DNA from: Gammaproteobacteria bacterium
GTDB lineage: Bacteria; Pseudomonadota; Gammaproteobacteria; WFUO01
Length of the DNA stretch: 64,000 bases
Direction of reading: 5' to 3'
NCBI GenBank assembly: GCA_015484945.1
Contig: WFUO01000061.1
Span: 88,066-152,065, forward strand
The notes beneath the pieces are model-generated. The model made no database searches. It was not told the DNA's origin and saw nothing but the letters and a program-made list of their open reading frames with translations. Position 1 is the first letter of the stretch. Each line of letters begins with the position of its first letter. Below are positions 1-11,289 of this stretch, piece by piece. Made by a program: the position numbers and the translations under genes.

Positions 1-977
1 TTGGCATCGGCACTTCCGAGGTCGAGCATGTGCTTGCCACCCAGTGCCTGATCCAGAAGAAGTCGAAGAACATGCTGGTCAGTGTCGATGGCCGGGCCGG
101 CGAGGGTGTCACGGCCAAGGATATCGTGCTGGCGATCATCGGCCGTATCGGCACTGCCGGTGGCACCGGTCATGCGATCGAGTTTGGTGGTGAGGCGATT
201 CGCGCATTGTCCATGGAGGGCCGCATGTCGCTGTGCAACATGGCCATCGAGGCCGGTGCACGCGCCGGTATGGTGGCGGTGGATGACAAGACCATCGATT
301 ATGTGAAGGGCCGGCCGTATGCGCCGTCGGGTGAGTTGTGGGAACAGGCCGTGGCCAGCTGGCGCGAGTTGCACAGCGATGCCGATGCGCAGTTCGATCG
401 GGTGGTGCACATCGACGCGGCGGACATCGTTCCGCAGGTGACCTGGGGTACGTCGCCAGAGATGGTGACCGGCATCGATGGCCGGGTACCCGACCCGGCG
501 CAGGAGGATGATCCGGTGCGGCGCGAGGGCATGAAGCAGGCACTGGCCTACATGGGCCTGACACCGGGTACGCCAATCACTGACATCCGTCCTGACAAGG
601 TGTTCATCGGTTCTTGTACCAATTCGCGTATTGAGGATCTGCGCGCTGCAGCGGCCGTGGTCGAGGGGCGCAAGGTGGCCGACAATATCCGTCAGGCGCT
701 GGTCGTGCCGGGTTCGGGGCTGGTCAAGCGCCAGGCTGAGGAGGAAGGGCTGGACCGGATCTTCATCGAGGCGGGTTTCGAATGGCGCGAGCCCGGCTGT
801 TCGATGTGTCTGGCCATGAATGCCGACCGCCTGGAACCGGGCGAGCGCTGCGCCTCGACCTCGAACCGCAATTTCGAGGGGCGTCAGGGCCAGGGCGGAC
901 GCACCCATCTCGTCAGTCCGGCTATGGCGGCCCTGGCCGCCGTCGAGGGCCATTTCGCCGACATTCGCGAGGTATGA
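1..977 (+). CDS. leuC: 3-isopropylmalate dehydratase large subunit, C-terminal part (5' end lies outside the window)
   Basis: The frame is open from base 3 ([16 protein letters not shown]...). Aconitase-family motifs [12 protein letters not shown] and CSMCLAMN are present. It is followed by leuD and leuB. Confidence 0.95.
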   Translation, partial: GIGTSEVEHVLATQCLIQKKSKNMLVSVDGRAGEGVTAKDIVLAIIGRIGTAGGTGHAIEFGGEAIRALSMEGRMSLCNMAIEAGARAGMVAVDDKTIDYVKGRPYAPSGELWEQAVASWRELHSDADAQFDRVVHIDAADIVPQVTWGTSPEMVTGIDGRVPDPAQEDDPVRREGMKQALAYMGLTPGTPITDIRPDKVFIGSCTNSRIEDLRAAAAVVEGRKVADNIRQALVVPGSGLVKRQAEEEGLDRIFIEAGFEWREPGCSMCLAMNADRLEPGERCASTSNRNFEGRQGQGGRTHLVSPAMAALAAVEGHFADIREV

Positions 978-980
978 GAC

Positions 981-1628
981 ATGCAGAAACTGAACCATAT
1001 CGAAGGCATCGTGGTACCGCTCGATCGCGCCAACGTCGATACCGACGCGATCATTCCCAAGCAGTTCCTGAAGTCGATCAGACGCACCGGTTTTGGCCCC
1101 AACCTGTTCGATGAATGGCGTTATCTCGATCATGGCGAACCGGGACAGGACTGCAGCCAGCGGCCGCTGAACCCGGATTTCGTACTCAACCAGCCACGTT
1201 ACCAGGGCGGCACCATCCTGCTGGCGCGCGAGAACTTCGGCTGTGGCTCGTCACGCGAACACGCACCCTGGGCATTGCTGGATTACGGTTTTCGCGTCAT
1301 CATTGCGCCGAGTTTTGCCGATATCTTCTACAACAACTGTTTCAAGAACGGCATTCTGCCAGTGGTGCTGGACGAGGCGGTCGTGGATCGCCTGTTCGAC
1401 GAGGTAACGGCGAACGAGGGTTACAGGCTGGCGGTGGATCTCGAAGCCCAGACCATCACCACGCCGTCGGGCGAGGTGATCTCCTTCGAGGTCGATGATT
1501 TCCGCAAGCATTGTCTGCTCAACGGTCTGGATGACATCGGCCTGACGTTGCAGCATGTGGAAGATATCAGGTCCTACGAGCAGCGGCGCCGCGAGCAGGC
1601 GCCATGGTTGTTCACCGATTTGGGCTGA
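981..1628 (+). CDS. leuD: 3-isopropylmalate dehydratase small subunit
   Basis: N-terminus [31 protein letters not shown] and the [13 protein letters not shown] motif are present. The start is 4 nt after the leuC stop. Confidence 0.95.
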   Translation: MQKLNHIEGIVVPLDRANVDTDAIIPKQFLKSIRRTGFGPNLFDEWRYLDHGEPGQDCSQRPLNPDFVLNQPRYQGGTILLARENFGCGSSREHAPWALLDYGFRVIIAPSFADIFYNNCFKNGILPVVLDEAVVDRLFDEVTANEGYRLAVDLEAQTITTPSGEVISFEVDDFRKHCLLNGLDDIGLTLQHVEDIRSYEQRRREQAPWLFTDLG

Positions 1629-1661
1629 CCCGGCCGAGCGCCGGCAACAGGAAACACGCAT

Positions 1662-2738
1662 ATGAAAAAGATTCTCATCCTTCCCGGTGACGGTATCGGT
1701 CAGGAGATCGTCGCCGAGGCCGTCAAGGTTCTCGATTGCCTGCGTGAGGATTTCGGCCTCGATGTCGAAATGGAGCAGGCCCTGGTCGGAGGCAGTGCCT
1801 ATGACGAGTACGGTACGCCGCTGCCGGACGAGACACTGCGTCTGGCGCAAGAGGCCGATGCGGTGCTGCTAGGCGCCGTGGGTGGTCCCAAGTGGGAGTC
1901 ACTGGACATCTCGGTTCGCCCCGAGAAGGGTCTGCTGGGGCTGCGTTCCGGGCTGGGATTGTTCGCCAACCTGCGGCCAGCGATCCTGTATCCGCAACTG
2001 GCCGACGCCTCGACCCTCAAACCGGAGGTGGTCTCGGGGCTGGACATCATGATCGTGCGCGAACTGACCGGTGGCATCTATTTCGGTCAGCCGCGTGGCA
2101 TTCGCACGCTGGATGACGGCATGCGCGAGGGCTTCAATACCCTGGTTTACAACGAGGCCGAGATTGAACGCATCGGGCGCGTGGCCTTCGAAATCGCGAA
2201 GAAACGCAGCGGCCGTTTGTGCTCGGTGGACAAGGCCAACGTCCTCGAGGTGACCGAGCTTTGGCGTGAAGTGATGCAACGGCTGTCTGCCGATTACAGA
2301 AAGGTCGAACTCAGCCATATGTACGTGGACAATGCCGCCATGCAGCTGGTGCGCGCGCCCAAGCAGTTCGATGTCATGGTTACCACCAATATGTTCGGCG
2401 ACATCCTTTCCGATTGCGCGGCCATGCTGACCGGTTCCATCGGTATGCTGCCATCGGCGTCACTGGACGAGAATGGCAAGGGTATGTACGAACCCATCCA
2501 CGGGTCGGCGCCGGATATCGCCGGGCAGGATATCGCCAATCCGATTGCAACCATTCTGTCGGTGGCAATGATGCTGCGTTACTCGCTTGGCCACGCAAAG
2601 CTGGCCGAGCGTGTCGAGGCCGCCGTCGAACAGGTGCTCGATGACGGATTGCGTACCGAGGACATCTGGTCGGAAGGCACACAGAAGGTTGGAACCGCAG
2701 GCATGGGCAACGCCATCGTCGCGGCGCTACGGGCATAG
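1662..2738 (+). CDS. leuB: 3-isopropylmalate dehydrogenase
   Basis: [17 protein letters not shown] start and the isocitrate/isopropylmalate dehydrogenase signature [26 protein letters not shown] are present. Confidence 0.95.
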   Translation: MKKILILPGDGIGQEIVAEAVKVLDCLREDFGLDVEMEQALVGGSAYDEYGTPLPDETLRLAQEADAVLLGAVGGPKWESLDISVRPEKGLLGLRSGLGLFANLRPAILYPQLADASTLKPEVVSGLDIMIVRELTGGIYFGQPRGIRTLDDGMREGFNTLVYNEAEIERIGRVAFEIAKKRSGRLCSVDKANVLEVTELWREVMQRLSADYRKVELSHMYVDNAAMQLVRAPKQFDVMVTTNMFGDILSDCAAMLTGSIGMLPSASLDENGKGMYEPIHGSAPDIAGQDIANPIATILSVAMMLRYSLGHAKLAERVEAAVEQVLDDGLRTEDIWSEGTQKVGTAGMGNAIVAALRA

Positions 2739-2746
2739 GAGAAGGC

Positions 2747-3862
2747 ATGATGATGAAGACCGGATTCGTGGGCTGGCGCGGCATGGTCGGCTCGGTATTG
2801 ATGGCGCGCATGCGGGAGGAGGATGACTTTGCCCGCATCGAGCCGGTGTTCTTCACCACCTCGCAGCTGGGCCAGCCTGGCCCGGACATCGGCCGCGCGG
2901 TGCCGGCGCTCAAGGACGCACATGACATCGACGAACTGACGCAGATGGATGTCATCGTCTCATGCCAGGGTGGCGGCTATACGAAGGAAGTGTATCCCGC
3001 ATTGCGAAAGGCAGGTTGGCAAGGCTACTGGATCGATGCCGCTTCGACCCTGCGCATGGCCGATGACAGTGTCATTGTGCTGGACCCGGTCAACCGTGAT
3101 GTCATCGACCGTGCGCTGGATGACGGCGTCAAGACCTTCGTCGGCGGCAACTGCACGGTGAGCCTGATGCTGATGGCGCTGGGTGGCCTGTTTGCCGCGG
3201 ATCTGATCGAGTGGGTCACGCCCATGACCTATCAGGCGGCATCCGGTGCCGGTGCGCGCAACATGCGCGAGCTGATCCGTCAGATGGGTGGTATCGAGGA
3301 CAGCGTGCGTGATCTGCTCGATGATCCGGCCAGCGCGATTCTCGAGATCGACCGTGGCGTGGCCGACTATCTGCGCAGCGACAGCATCCCGCACGAGGCC
3401 TTCGGCGTGCCGCTGGCCGGCAGCCTGATCCCGTGGATCGACGTGCCGATGGACAGTGGCCAGAGCCGTGAGGAATGGAAGGCCGAAGCGGAGACCAACA
3501 AGATTCTCGGGCGCGAGAGCGACCCGCTGCCGATCGACGGCCTGTGCGTGCGTATCGGCGCCATGCGCTGTCACAGCCAGGCGTTGACCATCAAGCTTGT
3601 GCGCGACGTGCCGCTGGACGAGATCGAATCGATCCTGGCCGGCGCCAACGACTGGGTGCGCGTGATCCCCAACGAGCGCGAGGTCACCATGCGCGAACTG
3701 ACCCCGGCGGCCGTGACCGGGCGCCTGGCAGTGCCGGTGGGTCGTCTGCGCAAGCTGAGCATGGGTGGCGAGTACCTGTCGGCCTTTACCGTGGGCGACC
3801 AGCTGCTGTGGGGAGCGGCTGAGCCGTTGCGGCGCATGTTGGGTATCCTGCAACAGGCCTGA
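2747..3862 (+). CDS. asd: aspartate-semialdehyde dehydrogenase
   Basis: [18 protein letters not shown]-terminus, [13 protein letters not shown] active-site Cys region and E. coli-type Asd length. The start could be any of three consecutive ATGs (2747/2750/2753). Confidence 0.93.
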   Translation: MMMKTGFVGWRGMVGSVLMARMREEDDFARIEPVFFTTSQLGQPGPDIGRAVPALKDAHDIDELTQMDVIVSCQGGGYTKEVYPALRKAGWQGYWIDAASTLRMADDSVIVLDPVNRDVIDRALDDGVKTFVGGNCTVSLMLMALGGLFAADLIEWVTPMTYQAASGAGARNMRELIRQMGGIEDSVRDLLDDPASAILEIDRGVADYLRSDSIPHEAFGVPLAGSLIPWIDVPMDSGQSREEWKAEAETNKILGRESDPLPIDGLCVRIGAMRCHSQALTIKLVRDVPLDEIESILAGANDWVRVIPNEREVTMRELTPAAVTGRLAVPVGRLRKLSMGGEYLSAFTVGDQLLWGAAEPLRRMLGILQQA

Positions 3863-4062
3863 GACGGAATTTTTTATTTCCATGCGGCAAAAACAGGCGT
3901 CCGGCTTTGGTTTTTGCCGCAAATTCATCTATATTTAACCCGATATGGAATTTTCATTATTTATGAAACAGCTACCGCAGACAGCTAAAAATTGTGTTAG
4001 CATCGGACGGTAATCGGAGCCAGAGGCTCCGTACGGCTATAAGAATAAGGTAGGGAGTAAGC

Positions 4063-6702
4063 ATGGCGCGGAAACTGGCCGGAATCGTGGTTCTCATCTT
4101 CATTTGGCTGCCAGCCCAGCTGTTGGCGCTCGGTCTGGGTAATATCGAACTCAAGTCATACCTCAACCAGCCACTCGAGGCGCGCATTCCGATACTGTCG
4201 GCCCGTCATGTGCGCCAGTTGCAGATACGTCTGGCCTCACCACAGGAGCATGCCCGCGCCGGTATCGACTATACCTACGTGATGTCGCAACTCCAGGTTC
4301 GTATCGAGCGCAGGAACGGCGCAGCCTGGGTCGTGATCAGCACCCGCAAGCCTTTCCGCGAGCCCTACCTGAGCGTGTTGCTGGAACTGAGCTGGGCCAA
4401 TGGCCGCATGATGCGCGAGTACACTGTACTGGTCGATCCGCCCGGGATCGTCAAATCCCGCCCGGCCGCCGTCAGCCAGGCTCCCGTCAGTGCGCCGGCA
4501 CGGCCGGCGGCGCGTCCGCAATCACGCAGCCGGTCCGCGAAGACAATCGAGGACGACCGTTATCCGCGTATTCCGCTGGAGGACTACAAGGCTCCGAAGA
4601 CGAAGGTGGCCGGCCGAACTGGCGGAACCTACGGTCCCGTCGGCCGCAATGAGACCCTGTGGACGATCGCCAGCAAGACCCGCCCGGATCAGCATATTTC
4701 AGTTGAACAGATGATGATCGCGTTGCAGCGCAGGAATCCGCACGCCTTCATCGGCAATAACATCAATCGCCTGCGCCGTGGCGTGGTGCTCACGATTCCG
4801 GCGCGGGATGTCATTAACGCCATCGACCACCGCCAGGCACGCGCCGAGGTGCGCCGCCAGTACCAGGTCTGGAAACAGGCGCGTACGGGTACGGCACCGG
4901 CCCGGACCGTCAAGGCGAAGACGCCTGCCGGCAAGCCGGCCACCGGCCGTCTGAAGGTCACGGCACCGCGTATCGGAACGGCAACCGGTACTGGCGGCAG
5001 TGCTGGTGGAAAGGGGGGTGGCGCTGGCACCACCAATGCCGAGCTGGCCAAGGCGCGTGAGGCCGCCAAGGCCAGCGAACGCGAAAAGGCCGTGCTCGCC
5101 GAGCGCGTCAAGGCGCTAGAGGCGCAACTGGCGAACATGAAGAAACTGGCCAAGCTGCGCAATGACCAGCTTGCGGCGCTGCAGGCCAAACTGGCCGAAC
5201 TGCAAGGCAAGAAAACCCCGGCGACGAAGACCGAGGCACCGAAGCAGCCCGAGGCGCCGAAGCAGCCCGAGGTCGTCAAGCCGCTGTCACCCACGGCCAA
5301 GCCCGGGACACCTGCCGTGGCCAAAAAGCCAGAGGTCAAGGCGCCTGTCAGGCCGGCGAAAAAGACCTATCAGTACGTACCGGCCAAGGTTGCGCCAGCC
5401 GGTACGCCGATCAACCAGAACAAGGTCTCAGGCTACAAGCCGGTTGATCTGAAATCACTGCCCAAGGCGCCGGTTCCGGCCGATCCTTTCGTCAGACCCG
5501 CTGTCAGCCGTCCTGCCGGCAAGCCGCCCGCGGCAACGGTATCACTGATCGACAAGGCGCGCCGGTACTATGAACAGAACCGCATGATGGTACTGATCGT
5601 CGGCGGTGGTGCGTTGTTGCTGCTGGTGCTGTTGATTCTGCTCATCATACGCCGGCGTAATGCCGCTGCCGGTTTCCAGGAAAGCATCCTTGCCGAGCCT
5701 GCCACTTCCGCCGCCACGGCCTCGACAGCGGCGGCGGCCGCCGCGGTCCCGGCAGTCGAGGAAGAAGAGAAATCGCCCGAGCCGGAAGTCGAGCCGCAAC
5801 CGGAGCCGGAACAGGCGGCTTCTTCGTATCTCAGTGATTTCACAGTCAGCGGTATGGATGCGCTGGATAGCGATGTGTCCGAATCCGATCCGCTCACCGA
5901 GGCCGACGTGTTCCTCGCCTATGGCCGTTTCGAGCCGGCCGAGGCCATGATTCGCGAGGCCATCGCTGCCGAACCGGAACGCAACGACCTGAAGATGAAG
6001 CTGCTCGAGATCCACTACCAGGCAAGGAATGTCGAGGGCTTCGAGCGTGACGCAGAGGCCTTCCGTGAGGCATTGTCGGCCGAGGGAGGTGACGACTGGC
6101 GTCATGCCGTCGAGATGGGGCGTGAATTGAACCCGACCAGTTCGCTGTTCAGCGAGGCCGCCGATGCCGTTGCCTCCGAGGGCGGTGAAGATGCGGAATT
6201 CACGTTCAGTGAGTTCGAGGTGCCGGAGGCCGAGACGCCCGCGGCCGAGGAACTGGAGGCCGAGCTCAAGGACCTGGCCGCCGAGCAAAAGCAGGAAGGC
6301 GACAAGGATGGGGTGCTGGAGTTCGATCTGGGCGATGCCGGTGGAGAAGCGGCCGCGAGCGAATCACCGGCCGCTGATCTGGCGTTCGATCTCGACGAGA
6401 TCGAGGCCTCGGTCGAGAAGGCGCAGGAAAGCGACGAGCAACTGGCCGGCGAACTGGCTGAAGAACTCAGCGAGATTGCCGAGACCATGGATACCACCGA
6501 CGCAACGCAGCCCGCCGGAGAAGAACAGCAGGCTGAAGCGGGCGAGGCCGAGCTCGACGAGGTTGGCACCAAGCTTGATCTGGCGCGTGCGTACATCGAC
6601 ATGGGGGATCCCGATGGTGCGCGGAGTATCCTCGAGGAAGTACTCGATGAGGGCAACGATGCCCAGAAGCAGGAAGCCGAGGAGCTTATGGGCAGGATCT
6701 GA
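4063..6702 (+). CDS. fimV: FimV/HubP-like peptidoglycan-binding pilus/polar-organisation protein
   Basis: The protein has an N-terminal signal/TM segment followed by LGLGNIELKSYLNQPLEARI. A LysM-like segment follows (YGPVGRNETLWTIASK...VLTIPA), then a Pro/Ala/Lys-rich linker, a TM helix (MMVLIVGGGALLLLVLLILLII) and an acidic tail. The C-terminus carries the FimV motif LDLARAYIDMGDPDGARSILEEVL. It sits in the asd-fimV-truA position as in Pseudomonas. Confidence 0.85.
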   Translation: MARKLAGIVVLIFIWLPAQLLALGLGNIELKSYLNQPLEARIPILSARHVRQLQIRLASPQEHARAGIDYTYVMSQLQVRIERRNGAAWVVISTRKPFREPYLSVLLELSWANGRMMREYTVLVDPPGIVKSRPAAVSQAPVSAPARPAARPQSRSRSAKTIEDDRYPRIPLEDYKAPKTKVAGRTGGTYGPVGRNETLWTIASKTRPDQHISVEQMMIALQRRNPHAFIGNNINRLRRGVVLTIPARDVINAIDHRQARAEVRRQYQVWKQARTGTAPARTVKAKTPAGKPATGRLKVTAPRIGTATGTGGSAGGKGGGAGTTNAELAKAREAAKASEREKAVLAERVKALEAQLANMKKLAKLRNDQLAALQAKLAELQGKKTPATKTEAPKQPEAPKQPEVVKPLSPTAKPGTPAVAKKPEVKAPVRPAKKTYQYVPAKVAPAGTPINQNKVSGYKPVDLKSLPKAPVPADPFVRPAVSRPAGKPPAATVSLIDKARRYYEQNRMMVLIVGGGALLLLVLLILLIIRRRNAAAGFQESILAEPATSAATASTAAAAAAVPAVEEEEKSPEPEVEPQPEPEQAASSYLSDFTVSGMDALDSDVSESDPLTEADVFLAYGRFEPAEAMIREAIAAEPERNDLKMKLLEIHYQARNVEGFERDAEAFREALSAEGGDDWRHAVEMGRELNPTSSLFSEAADAVASEGGEDAEFTFSEFEVPEAETPAAEELEAELKDLAAEQKQEGDKDGVLEFDLGDAGGEAAASESPAADLAFDLDEIEASVEKAQESDEQLAGELAEELSEIAETMDTTDATQPAGEEQQAEAGEAELDEVGTKLDLARAYIDMGDPDGARSILEEVLDEGNDAQKQEAEELMGRI

Positions 6703-6723
6703 ACCCCTTCCGATTGTATCCGG

Positions 6724-6753
6724 CAAAGGCGCCTTCTGGCGCCTTTGTTTGTT
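6724..6753 (+). terminator. rho-independent terminator after fimV
   Basis: A 10-bp GC-rich perfect stem CAAAGGCGCC/GGCGCCTTTG with loop TTCT is followed by TTTGTT. Confidence 0.8.
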
Positions 6754-6756
6754 CGC

Positions 6757-6860
6757 GTGACACACGGTACCCATTCAATACGGAGAACACAGAGATACAG
6801 GACCATGGCGGCAGTTCTTTGTGACACCATGCCTCTGTGATTTCTGTGACGAACCGTGAC
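6757..6860. repeat. short palindromic repeat built from 8-9 nt CAC(A/G)GAG units (family 1, copy 1)
   Basis: The left arm is cacacggta..atacggagaacacagagatacagga. The right arm is its approximate complement, tttgtgac..cctctgtgatttctgtgac..accgtgac. The same unit architecture occurs at 19546-19653 and 35873-36145. Confidence 0.6.
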
Positions 6861-6924
6861 CGCCGGTCAAATGATACTGATGCCGTATTCGTGCCAGGCA
6901 CACAGGAAGTGGCATAATGGCGTC

Positions 6925-7605
6925 ATGGATCCCCTGGTCAGAATGATGTGTTACTTTGTCATCGCCGCGCTGTTGTGGGCCGGCAGTGTCTGGTCGCTGC
7001 TGGCCGTGGGGCTGCTGTCGCTGGTTACAATGCTCATACTTGCCGAACCGAGTCTGGGCCAGTTGTGGCGCATGCTATGGCGCCTGAAATGGCTGTGTCT
7101 GTCGTTGCTGGTGGTGTATGGCTGGCTGACGCCCGGTGAGCCATTATGGAAGGGCATGTTCTCGCCCAGCCGTGATGGCATGGCCATGGGCCTCTATCGG
7201 CTGGGCTACCTGTTGGTGCTGGTATTGGCTGCACGCATCATCGTGCTGTCGATGCGGCGCGAGCAACTGGTTGCCGCCCTGTATCAGCTGATGTGGCCCC
7301 TGGGCTGGGCCGGCAGGCTGCGTGAGCGTCTGGTGGTGCGACTGTTGCTGGTGTTCGAGATCGTGCGTGATCTGGATCCGGCCGTCCTGTCTTCTGGTGA
7401 AGCATCCAGCGGCGGGCGAATGAGCCGGCTTGCCGGGACATTGGCGGTGCTCTACCGGCGTTGCCTTGATCGGGCCGATCGGGTGCGGCTGCGGCCAATC
7501 CGGTTTGCGCGGCCATCCGCACCGCCATGGTGGCAGTGGTCGTGGCCATTGGGCCTTGGCCTGGCACTGTGGTGGCTGGCGCGCCTGCCTGTTCCGGGGA
7601 ACTGA
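6925..7605 (+). CDS. multi-pass membrane protein, tentatively CbiQ/EcfT-like
   Basis: The ORF is 6856-7605, and the ATG at 6925 (MDPLVRMM...) precedes the first TM helix. It has 4-5 hydrophobic helices plus an Arg-rich amphipathic segment (RLRERLVVRLLLVFEIVRDL) reminiscent of the EcfT coupling helix. No partner ATPase gene is adjacent. Confidence 0.45.
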   Translation: MDPLVRMMCYFVIAALLWAGSVWSLLAVGLLSLVTMLILAEPSLGQLWRMLWRLKWLCLSLLVVYGWLTPGEPLWKGMFSPSRDGMAMGLYRLGYLLVLVLAARIIVLSMRREQLVAALYQLMWPLGWAGRLRERLVVRLLLVFEIVRDLDPAVLSSGEASSGGRMSRLAGTLAVLYRRCLDRADRVRLRPIRFARPSAPPWWQWSWPLGLGLALWWLARLPVPGN

Positions 7606-7608
7606 TCA

Positions 7609-8409
7609 ATGCGCGTCGCCATGGGCATTGAATACGATGGCAGCCGTTATTGTGGCTGGCAGCGCCAGGACGGCAATCGTACCGTGCAGGCCGAGATCGA
7701 ACGTGCCGTGTCGTTCGTGGCCAATGAATCGATCAAGGTGGTCTGCGCCGGGCGGACCGATACCGGTGTGCATGCCGTCGAACAGGTGGTGCATTTCGAT
7801 ACCAAGGCCGAACGACGCAAGCGTTCCTGGATACTGGGCAGCAATGCCAACCTGCCCGATGATGTCTCGGTGCTGTGGGCCCATGAGGTAAGCGAGGATT
7901 TCCATGCCCGTTTCTCGGCCCGGTCGCGGCGCTACCGTTACGTGATTCTCAACCGTTTTACCCGGCCGGCCATCCTTGCCGGACGGGTTTGCTGGGAACA
8001 CGTTCCTCTCGATGTGCAACGCATGCAGGCTGCGGCCAGGCATCTGCTCGGCGAGCATGATTTCACCTCGTTCCGCGCACTGGCCTGTCAGGCCCGTCAC
8101 GCAGTGCGCGAGATCCATGAACTGCGGGTCACGCGGTTGGGATGTTTCATTCATATCGACATCGTTGCCAACGCCTTCCTGCACCATATGGTGCGCAACA
8201 TCGCCGGTGTACTGATGGAGATCGGCAGCGGTGAGCGTGACCCCGAGTGGACCCGTGAACTGCTCGAAGTGCGAGACCGCTCACTGGGCGGCGTCACCGC
8301 GCCAGCCGCTGGCTTGTACCTGGTCAATGTTGAATATCCCGGCAATTTTCATCTGCCGCAACAGGGCAGCCCACCGGTATTCGGGATGGCCCAGGGCGAT
8401 GCCACGTGA
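7609..8409 (+). CDS. truA: tRNA pseudouridine(38-40) synthase
   Basis: MRVAMGIEYDGSRYCGWQRQ start, catalytic GRTDTGVHA motif and conserved position after fimV. Confidence 0.95.
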   Translation: MRVAMGIEYDGSRYCGWQRQDGNRTVQAEIERAVSFVANESIKVVCAGRTDTGVHAVEQVVHFDTKAERRKRSWILGSNANLPDDVSVLWAHEVSEDFHARFSARSRRYRYVILNRFTRPAILAGRVCWEHVPLDVQRMQAAARHLLGEHDFTSFRALACQARHAVREIHELRVTRLGCFIHIDIVANAFLHHMVRNIAGVLMEIGSGERDPEWTRELLEVRDRSLGGVTAPAAGLYLVNVEYPGNFHLPQQGSPPVFGMAQGDAT

Positions 8410-8529
8410 CCCAGTGGCGCGGGAAGTCCGGTCATTGGCCAGCCAGGTCTGAAACGGGTGTGCTTGGCTGCCGGCTACAAGCCGGCTTATTTCTGGTATC
8501 CTGTCGCGGTCTGGCAGAAGGGCGGTATC

Positions 8530-9147
8530 ATGCGCACCCGTGTTAAAATCTGCGGCATCACCCGCATCGAGGATGGCCTGGCGGCCGCGGCCGCCGGGGC
8601 GGACGCGATTGGCTTGGTCTTCCACCCCCCCAGTCCGCGGGCGGTGGATATCGAGCAGGCCCGGGCCATCGCCACTGCGATGCCGCCGTTTGTGAGTGTG
8701 ACCGCGTTGTTCGTCGATGCCGGGCGTGAACGTGTCCGCGAGGTGCTGGATGCGGTGCCGGTGGATCTGCTGCAGTTTCACGGTCACGAGCCGGCGCAGG
8801 ACTGCGAGGGTTTCGGCAGGCCCTGGATCAAGGCCGTGGCGATGCGCGAGGGTGTGGATCTGGCTGCGGTGATGAACGAATATGCCGCGGCGGCCGGTAT
8901 TCTGGTGGATGCCTGGCACCCGGAACTGCCGGGCGGCAGCGGCGAACGGTTCGACTGGGATCTGCTGCCGGCGGATCCTGTCCGTCCGTTGATCCTGGCC
9001 GGGGGACTGAATGCCGGTAATGTCGGTGAGGCCGTGAACCGGGTGCGGCCGTGGGCGGTCGATGTCAGCAGCGGGGTGGAACGTGAAAAGGGCATCAAGG
9101 ATCCGGACGCGATGACCCGGTTCGTGCGTGCCGTGTGGGCGGCGTGA
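8530..9147 (+). CDS. trpF: phosphoribosylanthranilate isomerase
   Basis: MRTRVKICGITRIEDGLAAAAAGADAIGLVF is the typical TrpF N-terminus. The ORF opens at 8458, but the ATG at 8530 matches the family start. Confidence 0.9.
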   Translation: MRTRVKICGITRIEDGLAAAAAGADAIGLVFHPPSPRAVDIEQARAIATAMPPFVSVTALFVDAGRERVREVLDAVPVDLLQFHGHEPAQDCEGFGRPWIKAVAMREGVDLAAVMNEYAAAAGILVDAWHPELPGGSGERFDWDLLPADPVRPLILAGGLNAGNVGEAVNRVRPWAVDVSSGVEREKGIKDPDAMTRFVRAVWAA

Positions 9148-9230
9148 TACGCCAATCATCAGGCTGCCGGCTTCATCGTTGCGGGATTGCGCCCACGGCG
9201 TGAGCAGGTGGGACAAGAGGCTGGATAATT

Positions 9231-10442
9231 ATGCAAGAAGTTGAATCTTATATGCAAATGCCGGATGATCGCGGCCATTTTGGCAAATATGGCGGCATTT
9301 TTGTCTCGGAAACGCTGATGGCGCCATTGCGCGAGCTGCGCGAGGCCTACGACGCGATGAAGGACGATCCCGCCTTTCAGGCCGCGTTCGATGCCGATCT
9401 GGCCCACTATGTCGGACGGCCATCGCCCCTGTATTTCGCCGAACGCTGGAGCGAGCATCTGGGTGGGGCACGCATCTTTCTCAAGCGCGAGGATCTCAAC
9501 CATACCGGCGCGCACAAGATCAACAATACCGTCGGCCAGGCGCTGCTGGCGCGCCGCATGGGCAAGACACGGGTCATTGCCGAGACCGGTGCCGGTCAGC
9601 ATGGCGTGGCGACCGCCACCGTGGCTGCGCGCCTGGGCATGCAGTGCGTGGTCTATATGGGCGCAGAGGACATCCGGCGTCAGGCGCTGAACGTATATCG
9701 TATGCGCCTGCTGGGCGCCGAGGTCGTGGCGGTGGAGTCGGGTTCCAGGACCCTCAAGGACGCGCTCAACGAGGCCATGCGCGACTGGGTCACAAATGTG
9801 GACGACACCTTCTACATCATTGGTACCGTGGCTGGTCCGCATCCGTATCCGGCCATGGTGCGTGACTTTCAGGCCGTGATCGGCCGTGAGGCGCGCGCGC
9901 AGATTCTCGAACAGGCGGGCAGGCTGCCCGATGCGCTGGTGGCCTGCGTGGGTGGTGGTTCCAACGCCATTGGCCTGTTCTATCCGTTTCTGGACGATAC
10001 CGGGGTAGCGATCTACGGTGTCGAGGCGGCCGGCGATGGTCTCGACAGCGGCCGGCACGCCGCTCCCTTGTGTGCCGGCCGGCCCGGCGTATTGCACGGC
10101 AACCGCACCTATTTGATGGAGGATCCGGACGGGCAGATCATCGAGACCCATTCGATCTCGGCCGGACTGGACTATCCCGGCGTCGGCCCGGAACACGCCT
10201 GGCTCAAGGACACCGGCCGCGCCCGCTATGTGGCTGTGACCGACGAGCAGGCCATGGCCGCATTTCATGAACTGACCCGCATCGAAGGCATCATGCCGGC
10301 ACTGGAGTCCAGTCATGCGCTGGCCTGGGCCATGCAACTGGCACCGACCATGGACCGTGATGCGATTCTGATCGTCAATCTGTCGGGCCGGGGCGACAAG
10401 GACATCCACACCGTTGCCGCGCTGGATGGCATCGAGGTTTGA
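9231..10442 (+). CDS. trpB: tryptophan synthase beta chain
   Basis: [14 protein letters not shown], the PLP-lysine motif HTGAHKINN and GGGSNAIG are present. An alternative start lies at 9252. Confidence 0.95.
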   Translation: MQEVESYMQMPDDRGHFGKYGGIFVSETLMAPLRELREAYDAMKDDPAFQAAFDADLAHYVGRPSPLYFAERWSEHLGGARIFLKREDLNHTGAHKINNTVGQALLARRMGKTRVIAETGAGQHGVATATVAARLGMQCVVYMGAEDIRRQALNVYRMRLLGAEVVAVESGSRTLKDALNEAMRDWVTNVDDTFYIIGTVAGPHPYPAMVRDFQAVIGREARAQILEQAGRLPDALVACVGGGSNAIGLFYPFLDDTGVAIYGVEAAGDGLDSGRHAAPLCAGRPGVLHGNRTYLMEDPDGQIIETHSISAGLDYPGVGPEHAWLKDTGRARYVAVTDEQAMAAFHELTRIEGIMPALESSHALAWAMQLAPTMDRDAILIVNLSGRGDKDIHTVAALDGIEV

Positions 10443-10453
10443 GGACAGACACC

Positions 10454-11272
10454 ATGAGCCGCATCGCCCAGACTTTCGAACGCCTGGCCGGCGAACAGCG
10501 CAAGGCGCTGGTCGCCTACATCACCGCCGGTGACCCGCATCCGTCCGAGACCCTGCCGATGATGCACGCCATGGTGCGCGCCGGGGCCGACATCATCGAG
10601 CTTGGCGTGCCCTTCTCGGATCCCATGGCCGACGGGCCAGTGATCCAGGCGGCCAGCGAGCGGGCGCTGGAACATCATGTCAGTCTGCACGATGTCATCG
10701 ACATGGTGCGAGAATTCCGTTTGCGCGACGAACATACGCCGGTGGTGTTGATGGGCTACCTCAACCCGGTCGAGGCCATGGGCTACGAGCCCTTCGCACG
10801 CGAGGCGGCAGCGGCCGGGGTGGATGGTGTGCTGACCGTGGACCTGCCGCCGGACGAAGGTGACGAGTTCATTCCGCTGATGCGCGAGGCCGGCCTCGAC
10901 TGCATCTTTCTGCTCGCCCCGACCAGTACCGATGAGCGTATCGAAAAGGTTTGCGCCAGCGGCAGCGGTTTCGTCTATTATGTTTCATTGAAGGGGGTCA
11001 CCGGTGCGGCCAATCTGGATGTGGATTCGGTGGCCGGAAAACTGGCTGCGATCAGGCGTCATACCGACATGCCCATCGGCGTGGGCTTTGGTATCAAGGA
11101 CGCGGACAGTGCCGGACGTGTGGCGCGGGTGGCCGATGCGGTGGTGGTCGGCAGCGCCATCGTCAGACTGATTGAACAATATCGGGACGCTCCTCAAGAG
11201 GCGCGCCTGCAGGTCGAGGGGTTGCTGGCATCCATGCGCAAGGCCATGGACACACAGACCATGACCGACTGA
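10454..11272 (+). CDS. trpA: tryptophan synthase alpha chain
   Basis: [11 protein letters not shown]...[11 protein letters not shown] and [17 protein letters not shown] are present. The ATG is 12 nt after the trpB stop. Confidence 0.93.
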   Translation: MSRIAQTFERLAGEQRKALVAYITAGDPHPSETLPMMHAMVRAGADIIELGVPFSDPMADGPVIQAASERALEHHVSLHDVIDMVREFRLRDEHTPVVLMGYLNPVEAMGYEPFAREAAAAGVDGVLTVDLPPDEGDEFIPLMREAGLDCIFLLAPTSTDERIEKVCASGSGFVYYVSLKGVTGAANLDVDSVAGKLAAIRRHTDMPIGVGFGIKDADSAGRVARVADAVVVGSAIVRLIEQYRDAPQEARLQVEGLLASMRKAMDTQTMTD

Positions 11273-11289
11273 AAGAGGATTGAATTGTC

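Noticed and set aside
3883-3921. A 12-bp-stem hairpin TGCGGCAAAAAC/GTTTTTGCCGCA after asd, considered as a terminator.
   Set aside because: There is no downstream T-run on the plus strand; the T-run precedes the stem. It may still be a regulatory or REP-like palindrome, so I did not list it as a terminator.
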